From: Macrostomum lignano
Lineage: Eukaryota
Assembly (NCBI GenBank): GCA_002269645.1
Contig: NIVC01000352.1
Coordinates: 557,794-621,793 of the forward strand
Direction: 5' to 3'
DNA: 64,000 nt
Shown: in pieces, positions 26,601-39,017 of the stretch
Layout: every line of letters starts with the position of its first letter
Numbering within the stretch: position 1 is the stretch's first letter
Notes under the pieces: model-generated
Seen by the model: the letters and a program-made list of their open reading frames with translations, nothing else
What the model was told of the DNA's origin: nothing
The model's database searches: none
Position numbers and translations under genes: made by a program

Positions 26601-29600
26601 TATCACGGACTACTTGAGTGTCGTTTTATAGGAAGCCTGTACATGTACACGTAATAAAAACGGTATGGCTGCACGACTCACCAATGGCACATTGGCAATC
26701 GAACATGCTCGAATCACACATGAAAACTAACATTATAACAAATTATAACAATGAAAACCAACTCAAGGACCATATTCAAAACTGCGAATTAAGAATGTAG
26801 TTAAGTCAAAAGCCTTTTTTCACAGCTTTCTACTAAAAGTAGCTGTTTATTTAGGATTGATAGTTCCCTTACAATTCAAATTGAATGAAAAAAACGAGGG
26901 CTCACTCACGGTCTCGCACCCACCCGGCCCGCTCACTCACCGGTTCCTCTCTCGCGGCCTTGTCGTCCCCATCTCACCCCTCCCCAGCACCATCCAATAA
27001 CATGACGAGCCAAATTCCTCCCCCCTAGCTCCCCCAAGTGTGGCGGTCTTGGTGTGTGGCGGTCTTGGTCCTACACCAATTAGATAGGCCTAATATAATA
27101 TCCAATTTTTCAAGATTTTTGAGACTCAAGATCTATACTTTTGAGATGATCAAGATTCAATTAAGATTTAAGATTAACCCTAATTTGTATCTAATAGACC
27201 TATTTATACTTTTATCTAGCAATGACAATATTAATATAGTTACTTGTTAAATCAAATTTATATAATAATAATAGAAAAAAACAATGATTATTTATTATTT
27301 GAGATTATTAATAACTTGATATATATCAAATATAAGTATGATAACATTGGTAAGTTTGTTTCCAGTTTGTTTTGCAAATTTATTTTTAAGTTTACATCGA
27401 TACTAAACCATAATGCCTATGAGAATGAGCACTAGAAAGAGCAGTTTATAGAGAAGTAAATGGAGGGATTATGGAGCAATAGCTAGAGTAGTAGATAGGG
27501 CAATAAAAGTAGCAATAGATGAAGCAGAAAATAGAACAATAGATAATATGGTATTAGAAATGGTATTAGAGTTTATCATATTTCCTATCCTTTTTGGCCA
27601 TAGGCATCATTTTCTACCTTGGCACATTGGCACTATGTTGTAATACTAATTCAAACTTAAAAATAATATTAAGAAACAGACTGGAAAATAACCACATAAC
27701 CACATAATATCATATTTATTACTAGTCATATAATCATAAATCTAGACTTTTAAGATCTCAAAACAGAGATTAAGATAAAAAAGTGCCAAGATCTTCACAA
27801 TCTTGACAAAATAAAATATAATAGTATTACTGGATTAAAATTCATTATTCTACTTTTTATATCATTTTAAACATTAAAAATAAAACATATCTTACATTTA
27901 TATTTTTGGTAGGTTTTGTCTTTTATCAAGTTCTTAAAATTGATATTACATTTCAAAAATGTTAGATTTTTAATGAATACTTTAAAAGTTAAATTTAAGT
28001 TTTCTTTTTCTTCTATGATTCAAAAATAGCTATAAATATGACTACAGAAAGTTATAGATAAAAAGATTTATAACCAGAATATACAAATATGTATATAGTC
28101 ATAAAAATGTCTAGTTCCTATATTTGTTAATATTAGGCTAACCACTTCACAATATATACTAAATTAGTAACTAAAACTTAAATGACTTAAATTTTAATCC
28201 TATATGCAAATTGTATAATTGAAGTGCTAGGACAGGGATTAAAGTTAAGATAAATCTTTTTTTGCTTTCAATGCAAAAGGTATAAAGAGGCTCTTATGAC
28301 CTAAAGTTCTTGGTATTAAAGACTTAAGCAATAAATTCTATATACCACATATATATTGTGTGGATTAGATAGTATTGGCTAAAATTAAGATTTATACAAT
28401 TCTAGATTTTCTTTTTATGCAATAAATAAGTGCAGCTTATTAATGAATGATGACCTTCAAAAATCCTTTTTATGTTCACTTTTAATAGTTTTTTGTTGAT
28501 TTCAACTAACTATAGTATATGATTGGTGTTACAATCTATTTTTTTCAACTATAGACAGCTACATAGCAGTCCAGCTCTGTCAGGTTTCTTCACTGGTATG
28601 AGTGGAGCAAAAAATGAGATTGGTGCCCAGAGCAACAGATTGTCTGATGGTAATGAGATCTTCGAGATTCAAAGTAAGAAATAAGAAATTACTGTTTCTC
28701 AATTTTCTTTAATAAAAATTCCTAAAAAAAGTTTTATTCAATCTGTCTTTTCAATTCCAATTTCAGTACATCTTGTTAGGCCTCATTTTATGCAGACTTA
28801 TTTGGAAGAGACGTGAGTTTATTTAAGCTATCATGCTTATAGTAAACCATTTTATCTAATTTCTACCTTATTAAAATCTTCAGCAAACGATTTCTGGATC
28901 TGTTTGACCAGAAAGACTCTGGAGCCGAGCTGATCGGTTCATTCACCTGCGAGATTGGGGCGCAAGATGAGGCGCTGCATATCTGGCGATTCAAGGGCGG
29001 CTACCAGGTATTTTATGTAGAAGGCTCACTCCCAGCCCTGGATTGAATGCAAGGGTCACTCCTAGCTATAGAATGAATGCAAGGGTCACTCCCAGCCCTG
29101 GATTGAATGCAAGCCTCACTCCCAGCTCTAAAATGAATGCAAAGGTCACTCCCAGCTCTAAAATGAATGCAGGGGTCACTCCCAGCTCTAGAATGAATGC
29201 AAGGGTCACTCCCAGCTCTAAAATGAATGCAAAGGTCACTCCCAGCTCTAGAATGAATGCAGGGGTCACTCCCAGCTCTAAAATGAATGCAAGGGTCACT
29301 CCCAGCCCTGGGTTGAATGCAAGGGTCACTCCCAGTCCTGGATTGAATGTAAGGGTCACTCCCAGTCCTGGATTGAATGCGGGGGTCACTCCCAGTCCTG
29401 GATTGAATGCAAGGGTCACTCCCAGCTCTAGAATGAATGCAGGGGTCACTCCCAGCTCTAGAATGAATGCAAGGGTCACTCCCAGCTCTAAAATGAATGC
29501 AAGGGTCACTCCCAGCCCTGGGTTGAATGCAAGGGTCATTCCCAGCTCTGGGATGAATGCAAGGGTCACTCCCAGCTCTGGGATGAATGCAAGGGTCACT

Positions 29601-32600
29601 CCCAGCCCTGGATTGAATGCAAGGGTCACTCCCAGCTCTAGAATGAATGCAAGGGTCACTCCCAGCCCTGGGTTGAATGCAAGGGTCATTCCCAGCTCTG
29701 GGATGAATGCAAGGGTCACTCCCAGCTCTGGGATGAATGCAAGGGTCACTCCCAGCCCTGGATTGAATGCAAGGGTCACTCCCAGCTCTAGAATGAATGC
29801 AAGGGTCACTCCCAGCTCTAAAATGAATGCAAAGGTCACTACAGCTCTGGGATGAATGCAAGGGTCACTCCCAGCCCTGGGTTGAATGCAAGGGTCACTC
29901 CCAGTCCTGGATTGAATGCAAGGGTCACTCCCAGTCCTGGATTGAATGCAAGGGTCACTCCCAGTCCTGGATGAATGCAAGGGTCACTCCCAGCTCTAGA
30001 ATGAATGCAGGGGTCACTCCCAGCTCTAAAATGAATGCAAGGGTCACTCCCAGCTCTAAAATGAATGCAAGGGTCACTCCCAGCTCTGGATTGAAAGCAA
30101 GGGTCACTCCCAGCTCTAGAATGAATGCAAGGGTCACTCCCAGCTTTAGGATAAATACAAGGGTCACTCCTAGCCTCACTCTGGGATGAATGCAAGGGTC
30201 ACTCCCAGATTTAGGATAAATTCAAGGGTCACTCCTAGCCTCACTCTGGGATGAATGCAAGGGTCACTCCCAGATTTAGGATAAATTCAAGGGTCACTCC
30301 TAGCCTCACTCTGGGGTGAATGCAAGGGTCACTCCTTACGTGCTAACCTTCTTACCTTAGTTAACTAAAAGTTTATCAGCTGGGTTAATCGCTGAACATC
30401 ATTATAAGCATCAGTTGCCAACGGAACCGCCGCAGGCCTACCAGAAGCACTACCACCTGTACCGGTCCGACCCCGAGCTGCTCAGCTATCGACAGAAGCG
30501 CAACGAAATGCTGCGCTCCCGGCGCAATCAAATCTGCTTGAAGTTCACCTTCTGGCCGGAGGTGGAGCCGCGCAATGGCGAGCACATCTACGAGCTGAGG
30601 AGCTACAATCTGCGTCCGGGTGAGCTAGGAGTAATGCATTTTGGAAATCTCACTCTGAATTTTGGAAATCTCACTCTGAATTTTGGAAATCTCACTCTGA
30701 ATTTTGGAAATCTCACTCTGAATTTTGGAAATCTCACTCTGAATTTTGGAAATCTCACTCTGAATTTTGGAAATCTCACTCTGAATTTTGGAAATCTCAC
30801 TCTGAATTTTGGAAATCTCACTCTGAATTTTAGAAATCTCACTCTGAATTTTGGAAATCTCACTCTGAATTTTGGAAATCTCACTTTGAATTTAGGAAAT
30901 CTCACTCTGAATCTTGGAAATCTCACTCTGAATTTTGGAAATCTCACCCTGAATCTTGGAAATCTCACTCTGAATTTTGGAAATCTCACTTTGAATTTCG
31001 GAAATCTCACTTTAGATTTTGAAAATCTCACTTTGAATTTCGGAAATCTCACTTCAAATTTTGAAGATCTCACTTTGAATTTTGAGGATCTCACTCTGAT
31101 GTATGAAAATCTCACTCTGATGTATGAAAATCTCACTCTGATGTATGAAAATCTCACTCTGATGTATGAAAATCTCACTCTGATGTATGAAAATCTCACT
31201 CTGATGTATGAAAATCTCACTCTGATGTATGAAAATCTCACTATAAAATTTCGAAAACCTCACTCTGTAATCTAAAATCGTATTCTTGTATTTTTGGAAG
31301 TCCTACTCTGTGTTGGAAATTTCTACTCAACATTTGGGAATCCTCCGCTTAGAAAGTGCAAAGCTTCGAGAGTATGAAGCAAAATGAATTTTTTTCTTTA
31401 TGAGTTACCCACTCTTCAAAGCTTTCAATGGGGTGCTTTCATATCCCCGGCACTTCATATCTCAGACACTTCATATCCCCGACACTTCATATCTCCGGCA
31501 CTTCACATCTCAGGCACTTCACATCTCAGACACTTCATATCCCCGACACTTCATATCTCCGACACTTCATATCCCCGACACTTCATATCCCCGACACTTC
31601 ATATCCCCGACACTTCATATCTCAGGCACTTCATATCTCCGACACTTCATATCCCCGACACTTCATATCCCCGACACTTCATATCCCCGACACTTCATAT
31701 CCCCGACACTTCATATCCCCGACACTTCATATCTCCCGCACTTCACATCTCAGGCACTTCATATCCCCGACACTTCATATCTCCCGCACTTCACATCTCA
31801 GGCACTTCATATCTCCGACACTTCATATCTCCGACACTTCATATCCCCGACACTTCATATCCCCGACACTTCATATCCCCGACACTTCATATCCCCGACA
31901 CTTCATATCTCCCGCACTTCACATCTCAGGCACTTCATATCCCCGACACTTCATATCTCCCGCACTTCACATCTCAGGCACTTCATATCTCCGACACTTC
32001 ATATCTCCGACACTTCATATCTCAGACACTTCATATCTCAGACACTTCATATCTCAGACACTTCATATCCCCGACACTTCATATCCCCGACACTTCATAT
32101 CTCAGACACTTCATATCTCAGACACTTCACATCTCAGGCACTTCATATTTCCGACACTTCACATCTCAGGCACTTCATATCTCCGACACTTCATATCCCC
32201 GACACTTCATATCCCCGACACTTCATATCCCCGACACTTCATATCTCAGACACTTCATATCTCAGACACTTCATATATCCGACACTTCATATCTCCGTTA
32301 GGGTTAGAGTTAATCTGGTCAGAGATATGAAGTGTCGGAGATATGAAAATTCAGAAAAGAAAGCACTTTAACTTGTACTTTATTCGCATCGCAGGCAATC
32401 TGCTAGAGTGGGGCAACTACTGGGCGCACGGCCTGCGCTGCCGCCGCAGCGACGATGAGGCCGTCTGCGGCCTGTTCTCCCACATCGGCGATCTGCACCA
32501 GGTGCACCACCTGTGGTGCTACAAAGACTTGGTGCACCGCAACGAGGTCCGCGACATGGCCTGGCACAAGCCGGAATGGGCCGAGACTGTTCGCAAAACT

Positions 32601-32666
32601 GTCAGCCTGATTGACACCATGAGCTGCCGGGTGCTCAAGCCTACGCCATTTAGCCCGCTCCAGTAG
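20633..32666 (+). CDS. NIPSNAP: NIPSNAP family protein (NIPSNAP1/2-like, probably mitochondrial), 6 exons, 264 aa
   Basis: Phase-consistent exons: 20633-20682, 28555-28673, 28767-28812, 28884-29007, 30436-30619, 32395-32666 (795 nt). Motifs: LIGSFTCEIGAQDEALHIWRFKGGY, IYELRSYNLRPGNLLEWGNYW, GLFSHIGDLHQVHHLWCYKDL...LKPTPFSPLQ. The Arg/Ser-rich N-terminus MNFLRRASFCSWKLFNRQLHSS resembles a presequence. Exon 1 is the least certain. Confidence 0.92.
22160..22745. repeat. (CT)n/(CTCA)n microsatellite with a repeated CACCCTCACTCCTATATTCTCGC block
   Basis: Directly visible array inside the MULE. Confidence 0.95.
24943..25349. repeat. 69 bp perfect tandem repeat, about 6 copies
   Basis: Unit TTTACCTGTGCGCCGCATATGGACTGAAATAAAAGTGCAGAATATAATGGCGTGCGAAAAAAGATGGCA, with no spacers. 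Confidence 0.97.
25491..25837 (-). pseudogene. C-terminal exon of a MULE-type transposase
   Basis: After a pyrimidine tract and TTTCAG acceptor the frame reads VFERFTRTNNAVEAWHAQLNKRG...LNFYLLLTLLQ. This is the RTNNxxExWH motif typical of the region after the catalytic core of MULE transposases. I could not find the upstream DDE exons. Confidence 0.7.
29030..30335. repeat. 30 bp minisatellite (ATGAATGCAAGGGTCACTCCCAGCTCTAGA) filling NIPSNAP intron 4
   Basis: Tandem array between the donor at 29008 and the acceptor at 30435. Confidence 0.97.
30639..31245. repeat. 21 bp minisatellite (TTTTGGAAATCTCACTCTGAA grading to TGTATGAAAATCTCACTCTGA) in NIPSNAP intron 5
   Basis: Tandem array starting about 19 nt after the donor at 30620. 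Confidence 0.96.
31437..32348. mobile_element. Foldback-like element: 16 bp array (CACTTCATATCCCCGA) plus TTAGGGTTAGAG spacer plus a short inverted arm
   Basis: Starts TTTCATATC and ends GATATGAAA. The right arm GAGATATGAAGTGTCGGAGATATGAA is the reverse complement of the array unit. Confidence 0.7.
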
Positions 32667-32889
32667 GCCGCGGAACTGCAAGCTGTGTACTTTTTTAATA
32701 ATCTGTCCCGTTTTGGTTGCTTAGCTGTAATCGATAGACCAGATCGGTACTATTTCAAGCGATCGCTGAATTATGGGATGAACTATTGATAGTTTGATTA
32801 TTAATTAATTGATACATTGATTAACTGATGGGGTGCTCTATTAATAGCTTCTGAATTTGAGTTGTTGATTACTTTAACCATTGATGAGC

Positions 32890-33390
32890 TGATGCATCAA
32901 TCATTTAAGTCTTTGATGAGTTGATCCATTGATCAGTTGATGCATCAATCATTTAAGTTATTGATCAGTTGATGCATCAATCATTTAAGTTATTGATCAG
33001 TTGGTGCATCAATCATTTGAGTTATTGATCAGTTGATGCATCAATCATTTAAGTTATTGATCAGTTGGTGCATCAATCATTTGAGTTATTGATCAGTTGA
33101 TGCATAAATCATTTAAGTTATTGATCAGTTGATGCATCAATCATTTGAGTTACTAATCAGTTGATGCATCAATCATTTGAGTTACTGATCAGTTGATGCA
33201 TAAATCATTTAAGTTATTGATCAGTTGATGCATCAATCATTTGAGTTACTAATCAGTTGATGCATCAATCATTTGAGTTACTAATCAGTTGATGCATCAA
33301 TCATTTGAGTTACTGATCAGTTGATGCATCAATCATTTGAGTTATTGATCAGTTGATGCATAAATCATTTGAGTTGTTGATCAGTTGATC
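32890..33390. repeat. 32 bp minisatellite (TGATCAGTTGATGCATCAATCATTTAAGTTAT) downstream of NIPSNAP
   Basis: About 15 copies; the unit contains the palindromes TGATCA and TTGATGCATCAA. Confidence 0.95.
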
Positions 33391-34484
33391 TATTAATTTG
33401 GCTAATCACTGATTGGCTGACCTTGTCTACTCTATCTGGATGTACTCGTATTTGCTAAAAAATTAATGGTTGCTATGCACAAAAAATGAAAATGTCCAGC
33501 TCCCTAAAAATGTTTGCTAAACTTGCTTAATTTATCGCTCTTTCTCTGCTGTGTGCGCACGTGCTCAGCATTGATTTGCGTTCATGTTTGTGTGTGCGCT
33601 GATACGGTTACCAGGTTCATTATGATTGCCTGTAATGCCCAAATTCATCAATAGCTTTTTGTCTGTTTTGTAGTAAGCTTAACTGATGTTTACTGATCAG
33701 TTTTGCCTGAAAAAATAGTAGCGAATATTGCATGCTTTGCACAATCGAAAAAAAAGTTTTTAAAGCTTTGCATTATGTTCATGCTACTACTTAGCTTTGA
33801 TTAGATAGTAGTATCTTCCATTTGTAGTTTCAAGAAAATTTATTTTTCAGGCAAAACGCGCTATACAAGGTTTTTGCGTAGCTTCTAAAGTACAACTAAT
33901 TATTATTTAGTCTACCAACTCGAGTACTTTATAAATATTTTTTGTAATCATCTATTATTGTTATTTCCTATATTTTCAGCGTCGGTGACATTCTGCTCCG
34001 ACCGCGGGTCCCCGCAGTTGGACCCCTCCAAGGGTGGCCTTAGTAAATGCGCACACTGAGTATTGCTTATCCCTTTATTAGTAGTATAGATAAAAGAAGT
34101 AGCATTGTCATTGAAATATATGCAACAGGAACATGAAAATATGAGTGTTTTCGAAATCATGTCGCGTGCCGAGCTCGTTACCTTTTTCTGCGCGAGCACA
34201 GGCTGTTCAGGCCAACCGGAAAGGACCAGAAAAAACGGAAATTGGCTGCTTCTTGTCTGACTCTCGATTTCTCGAACCGGCTTGAGTAGAATGCTAGTGC
34301 TCAGTTCTGATAGCACTGTTCTTTTTCTATATATAACGGATATGCCTGCTTTGTACATACATGTGCTAGCTAAGTAAATTGCAGTTATATTTTGCTTAAC
34401 CAATTTTAGTTAAACCCAGAGTGCAGTGAAGTGCTCCATTTCTTTGTACCTGCCATCTTCCCCAGTTTCTGGGCCAGCCTCCCA

Positions 34485-34715
34485 GATCCCCAGTTTCTGG
34501 GCCAGCCTCCCACATTCTCAGTTGCTGGGCCAGCCTCCCAGATCTCCAGTTGCTGGACCACCCAGATCCTCAATTGCTGGGCCAGCCTCCCAGATCCTCA
34601 GTTGCTGGGCCACCCTCCCAGATCCTCAGTTGCTGGGCCAGCCTCCCAGATCCTCAGCTGCTGGGCCAGCCTCCCAGATCCTCAGTTGCTGGGCCATTCT
34701 CCCAGATCCTCAGTT
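34485..34715. repeat. 28 bp minisatellite (GCCAGCCTCCCAGATCCTCAGTTGCTGG)
   Basis: Tandem array. Confidence 0.92.
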
Positions 34716-37700
34716 GCCGAGACGCCATCCTCTTAACGTGCCAGAGTTCAACATGCAGGTGTAGTGGAATCTTGCACTAAAAGTATCTGTTTAGCCTGTT
34801 AATACGATTAGATTTATTTATTATCATAATTTAGTTCCGCAGGATGCCCAACACAAACAATCCTGTCTGTTCCAGTATTTACCTAAGTGGAAGAGTCAAA
34901 GACTGCATATATGGCTTCTCTCTGTCAGCTTTCTGTGCCCCACAGCTCGCTAGCAGAAGCATGGGGACTGTGGTCTGTATGATGTAGTCAGTGCCAGTCT
35001 ATCAGTTTGCAGTTATAGCTCGCATCTGTCTTGGGTTGCACAGAATCATTTTCTCTCGCTCATTCACACGATATGAGTCACGAGAGGCCGCAGCCGCGTG
35101 GACACTGGCTGCTGCACCGGTATTCATTCGCTAACTTCTGCTTTTCTTCTTTTTCTATAGCTACATCTATGAAAAAGTCGAGAGACAGCTGTCCGTCTGA
35201 CCCGGCTCCGGCCGTAGGGTTTCTTCCGCAAATTTTTCTCTCTCCTTTTTTCGAGGAACCCGGCTTTGAACGAAAGGAAATGATTTTCTCTTTTTTTTCA
35301 TTTCTGCAGCCATCCTGCGCCAGTTTTCTTCCAGTGTGCGTGTCGCGGTCGCTGCAACTGTCGATTTGTAAATACTTCTGTATAAAAACTGGAGGTGATA
35401 TGAAGAAATCGGTTTGGTCTGGTCAGTAGGATTCTGGTTCTGGTTCAGCCTATCGGATAGGCTTGCTTCTTCCAGACCGGACAGATTAGCGAAGAAATGT
35501 CTAAATAAATATTTCCCTGCATCCCACTGCGTCTGAGGATTCGGAGCGGAATGGGAAAACTAAATAAAATGTAGGAAACCAATGTTCTTGTGTAATGCAG
35601 CAACTGCGTGGCCTGTACTTGGGGAAAGAAATGCAATTCCGGTGGCCTCTGTTTTTTTCAAGGAAAATCTAGTCTGTGGCAGAGAATTTGCATCTGAGAG
35701 TGATTTGCTTTGCCCGGACTAGAGGACTGGATTATAGGGTTAGTTTTTAAGTCTTCCATATATTGTCACGCTTCAACAGCGAAGACATGTAGGGTAGTTT
35801 CTGGTTTTACATTTTTCTTGCTCAACAAAAGCGGGGTTGGTGTGTCTGAACTAATTTTAGAAATTCTAATCCTGACCTTAACTGTTTAAATTGTACACTG
35901 GGTACCTTGCTGATTAGCACTATAGTATTTTGACCTAATAGCGTCAGGCGTAAGTCATTTTTGTCAGATCAGAAACTGTTGCAGTTTAATTTTTTTGTGC
36001 AGACCCAAGTTTTTTCCGCGCGTTCTCTCGTAAGCCAAAATTACCCTGAAAAGTGCACGAAAGCAATTTAGCAGCTCTGCCATGCAGAGTATTCGGACGA
36101 GATACTTTAAACTGTTCCGTTTTGCAATTACCGTCCGTTCATGGCTGCTGGCACTGTTTTTGAGTTGGTAGAAGGATTAAAATGCGAAAAAAGTGATGCG
36201 CAACCCTGTTCTGTTGTAGCTGCTGGCACTTCTGTCGGGTTCCATTAATAACTTTCGATTGACCTCTGCATGCAAACTTACTTCATCAACTTCTCACATC
36301 CCATCCGATTATGTAAAGTCTACAGACTTGATCTTTTGAACAGATTTGTAGCCTCCTCCCCCATTTAGTGCAGTTTTTAGGCGTTCAAATGCAAAATTTC
36401 GTTGCGTAATAGAGGAGGGAAGGTAATTGAAAGGACATTTTTAAACCTTGCGTCATTTTACTACGTGTACTAACAGACCAGAGCGATTTGCTGCGGTATC
36501 TTCAAAATACCAATGCTCACTTTATTGATGTCTGAAGTATTTTATACATCAAAGCAAGTTGGTGTCGCACTGTGAGTATTTTTAAATCGGACAAAATATC
36601 TGCATGCTGCCTGGATGGCATTTAAGCGACAAACTTCAAAGCGACGCATATGACATCCTCATCCAGGTATAGGTTAACTCATGGATTTTTTATGCTTTAA
36701 GTTTTGTGGTTCCTGAACAATAATTAATGACTGCCAATGGCATTCAACTTCATTTTCAGGTCTCTTAAAACAGCTGATTTAAAGGGTCGACAGCAGTTTC
36801 TGGCTGGCAGTCACCAGACTATCAAGAGCAGTCTGGATTCAGAATCACTGACCTTCAAGCGGAATTTGCCAGAAAATATTGTTTAATTGATAAGATCCAT
36901 TGAACTATGGAAACCTCTTTAAGTCTTTATTTCGCCAGATTTCCGCCGTATTTAGCACAAGGAAGGGTCACATATGATCGCTGTACTGGCGTTCTTGTAT
37001 GAGCCGCCATTTTGACGCCACTACGTGTACGTAACGCCGATTTTATCGTCTGTCCATGACAATACGGCGTTATTTCAGCGAAACTTTTCTACTCCGTCAA
37101 TATTCGATCGTACCGCAGTTTTGGCGATAGTTCCGGTCGACCCTTGCTCCGTTTTTATCGGTAGAGTCTCGGTGCTTCCGTACCCATTCGAAATTGTTTT
37201 TAAACAAAGTAGACGAGCATTCCACATAAAGTAACGTTATAGTTGTGTAGAGTTTTCATCTCTGTCAGCCATGGATTGATCTCTACAGTGCCAGAGCTTC
37301 CCGTTTATTTCGGCTTCAACTGCAGAAAGCCGTATAATTTTTTTAAAAATTCACTTGAAACTTGTAGAGTTTGAGTGTGGAGTTTGAGTTTGAACAGCCT
37401 TTCAAAATTAGTTGTGATGCAGAAAACTTTTTTATTTCTTGTCCTGATTTGAAGTATTTATTCTGTTTTCTGGGGTCGACAAACTTCGACCCGCGAAGCC
37501 TCTCTAACCTGCCTCAAGTGGATCCTTTGCAACTTCACAATAGCCATCCAGCCCGGCCCGCTTGATGTGTGTCTCTTCTCTCCTCCTGTCTCCCTTCTTT
37601 TCTTTCCTTTTATCTCTCATCTCATCTATCCTCTCATCTCTCTCGCCTATTCCCTCTAGTTCTCTTCTCTATTCCCACTCCTTTCCTTTCGTCTGGCCCG

Positions 37701-39017
37701 CAGCTATGAGCTATTGATTCTTTATCTGGCACTTAAGGTAAAAAATTGCCAACCCTGGGCCTAAGAGAGTCATGTCGGACATTAGACCGGCTTTTCAGGT
37801 CTTGAATAGAGCTCTCAGGCCTCGTCTTTGTTGTTAGGCTTCATTTGTTAGGGAGCTCCGTTTGGTCAGAAGTCATTGCGATTCGGACCACTTAATCCTC
37901 TTTCGAATAGCTTCGGCAGCTACTATATTGGCTACGGGGCTCTTGGCAAGAAATTTTGCTTGTCTGTTGGCTACACTGAGTCACTTTTATTCTGTTATGC
38001 ATTTTTGTCCCAATTTTGGGAACAGGGAAACGTATTTCTACTCGAGCCTATTTTTGAATACATGAGAAATCAAATAGCTTTTCTATACACTAGCTAATGT
38101 CTTCCATAGGACATGAGTTTCTAAAATCTCATGACATCCGGGATCCCGTAGGTCAGAAGAAAAGACCAAACGCTGGGATTGTAATACCTATAGCCAGTTA
38201 GTTGTACATGTACACCTGTTGAAGTAGTGTAATATCTGTTGATTAATTAGGAACTAATCAAAAAATTTTTGGATTAGTCATTTGGGAATCAGCTTTATTA
38301 GCTACAGTGTAAACTTGCGCACACCAATTAGCCATGGAGGATGTTGCAGTTCGCTCTCTTCCTGGGAGAGCTCTCTGTTGTTGAGTCATTTTTGTTGCAA
38401 GGCAGAACTTGCTTAAGCGCATTAATTAAGCGTATGAATTATTACGATAATACGAGGGCATACATTTATTTTGTTTTATTGACCATTCTACGGGGCAGGC
38501 AGTAAACTTTTCCGTTCAAGCACACGCTGCAAGGTCCGGTTTTTATAACTGTCCGGCTGTAATAAAATAAATGCCTGAGGTTGCCGAGCGAGGGAGCGTC
38601 ACGCTGGGTCCGGCTGGTTCTGACTGCGCACGCGGTGCATCGCAGCAAACGTAACTAAGAATATAATACTAACTTTTATGGTGTATACGCGTCCACAGAA
38701 CGTAAAATAATCATTGACAGTCAATATACGCTTTGCTGCAGTACAAGCTTAATGTTGGTACTGCACCTTTTAGCAATTGAATTGCTGTGTTGTAACTATT
38801 TGGAGACACGATATCTCTTATATCAGGAAGGATTAGTCAATTCAGCGTAGCGTAGGAACCGCAAAATCCCGGGTTTTGTGATTCTGGGACACGATTAAAA
38901 ACTGATTTTAAAGCTTTTCAATTGTAATTTAAATGGAAATTCGTGCTAAAAGGAGTTTTGCTTCCCAGAAGTACTAAAGAAATTATAGTTTTAAGATTTT
39001 ACAACAATGTTGTTCAG

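Larger units (their letters stand above)
21423..27077. mobile_element. Non-autonomous Mutator-like DNA transposon (MULE), 5655 bp, in NIPSNAP intron 1
   Basis: The ends GGCGCATGACCAAGACCGCCACACACCAAGACCGCCACA and (reverse complement) GGTGTAGGACCAAGACCGCCACACACCAAGACCGCCACA are inverted repeats, with degenerate similarity continuing about 100 bp inward. A perfect 8 bp direct repeat AATTAGAT flanks them at 21415-21422 and 27078-27085. An internal transposase-like exon is present. Confidence 0.85.

Noticed and set aside
32296-32310. TTAGGG as an interstitial telomere
   Set aside because: Only one or two units, explained as the spacer of a foldback element.
29013-32371. Repeat ORFs (MNARVTPSS, FGNLTLN, PTLHIPDTSY)
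   Set aside because: They lie within NIPSNAP introns defined by phase-consistent splice sites.
36500-36890. Exon-like segments with GT/AG signals
   Set aside because: The frames do not join into a credible protein (a stop follows the phase-0 junction immediately) and no motif is recognised.
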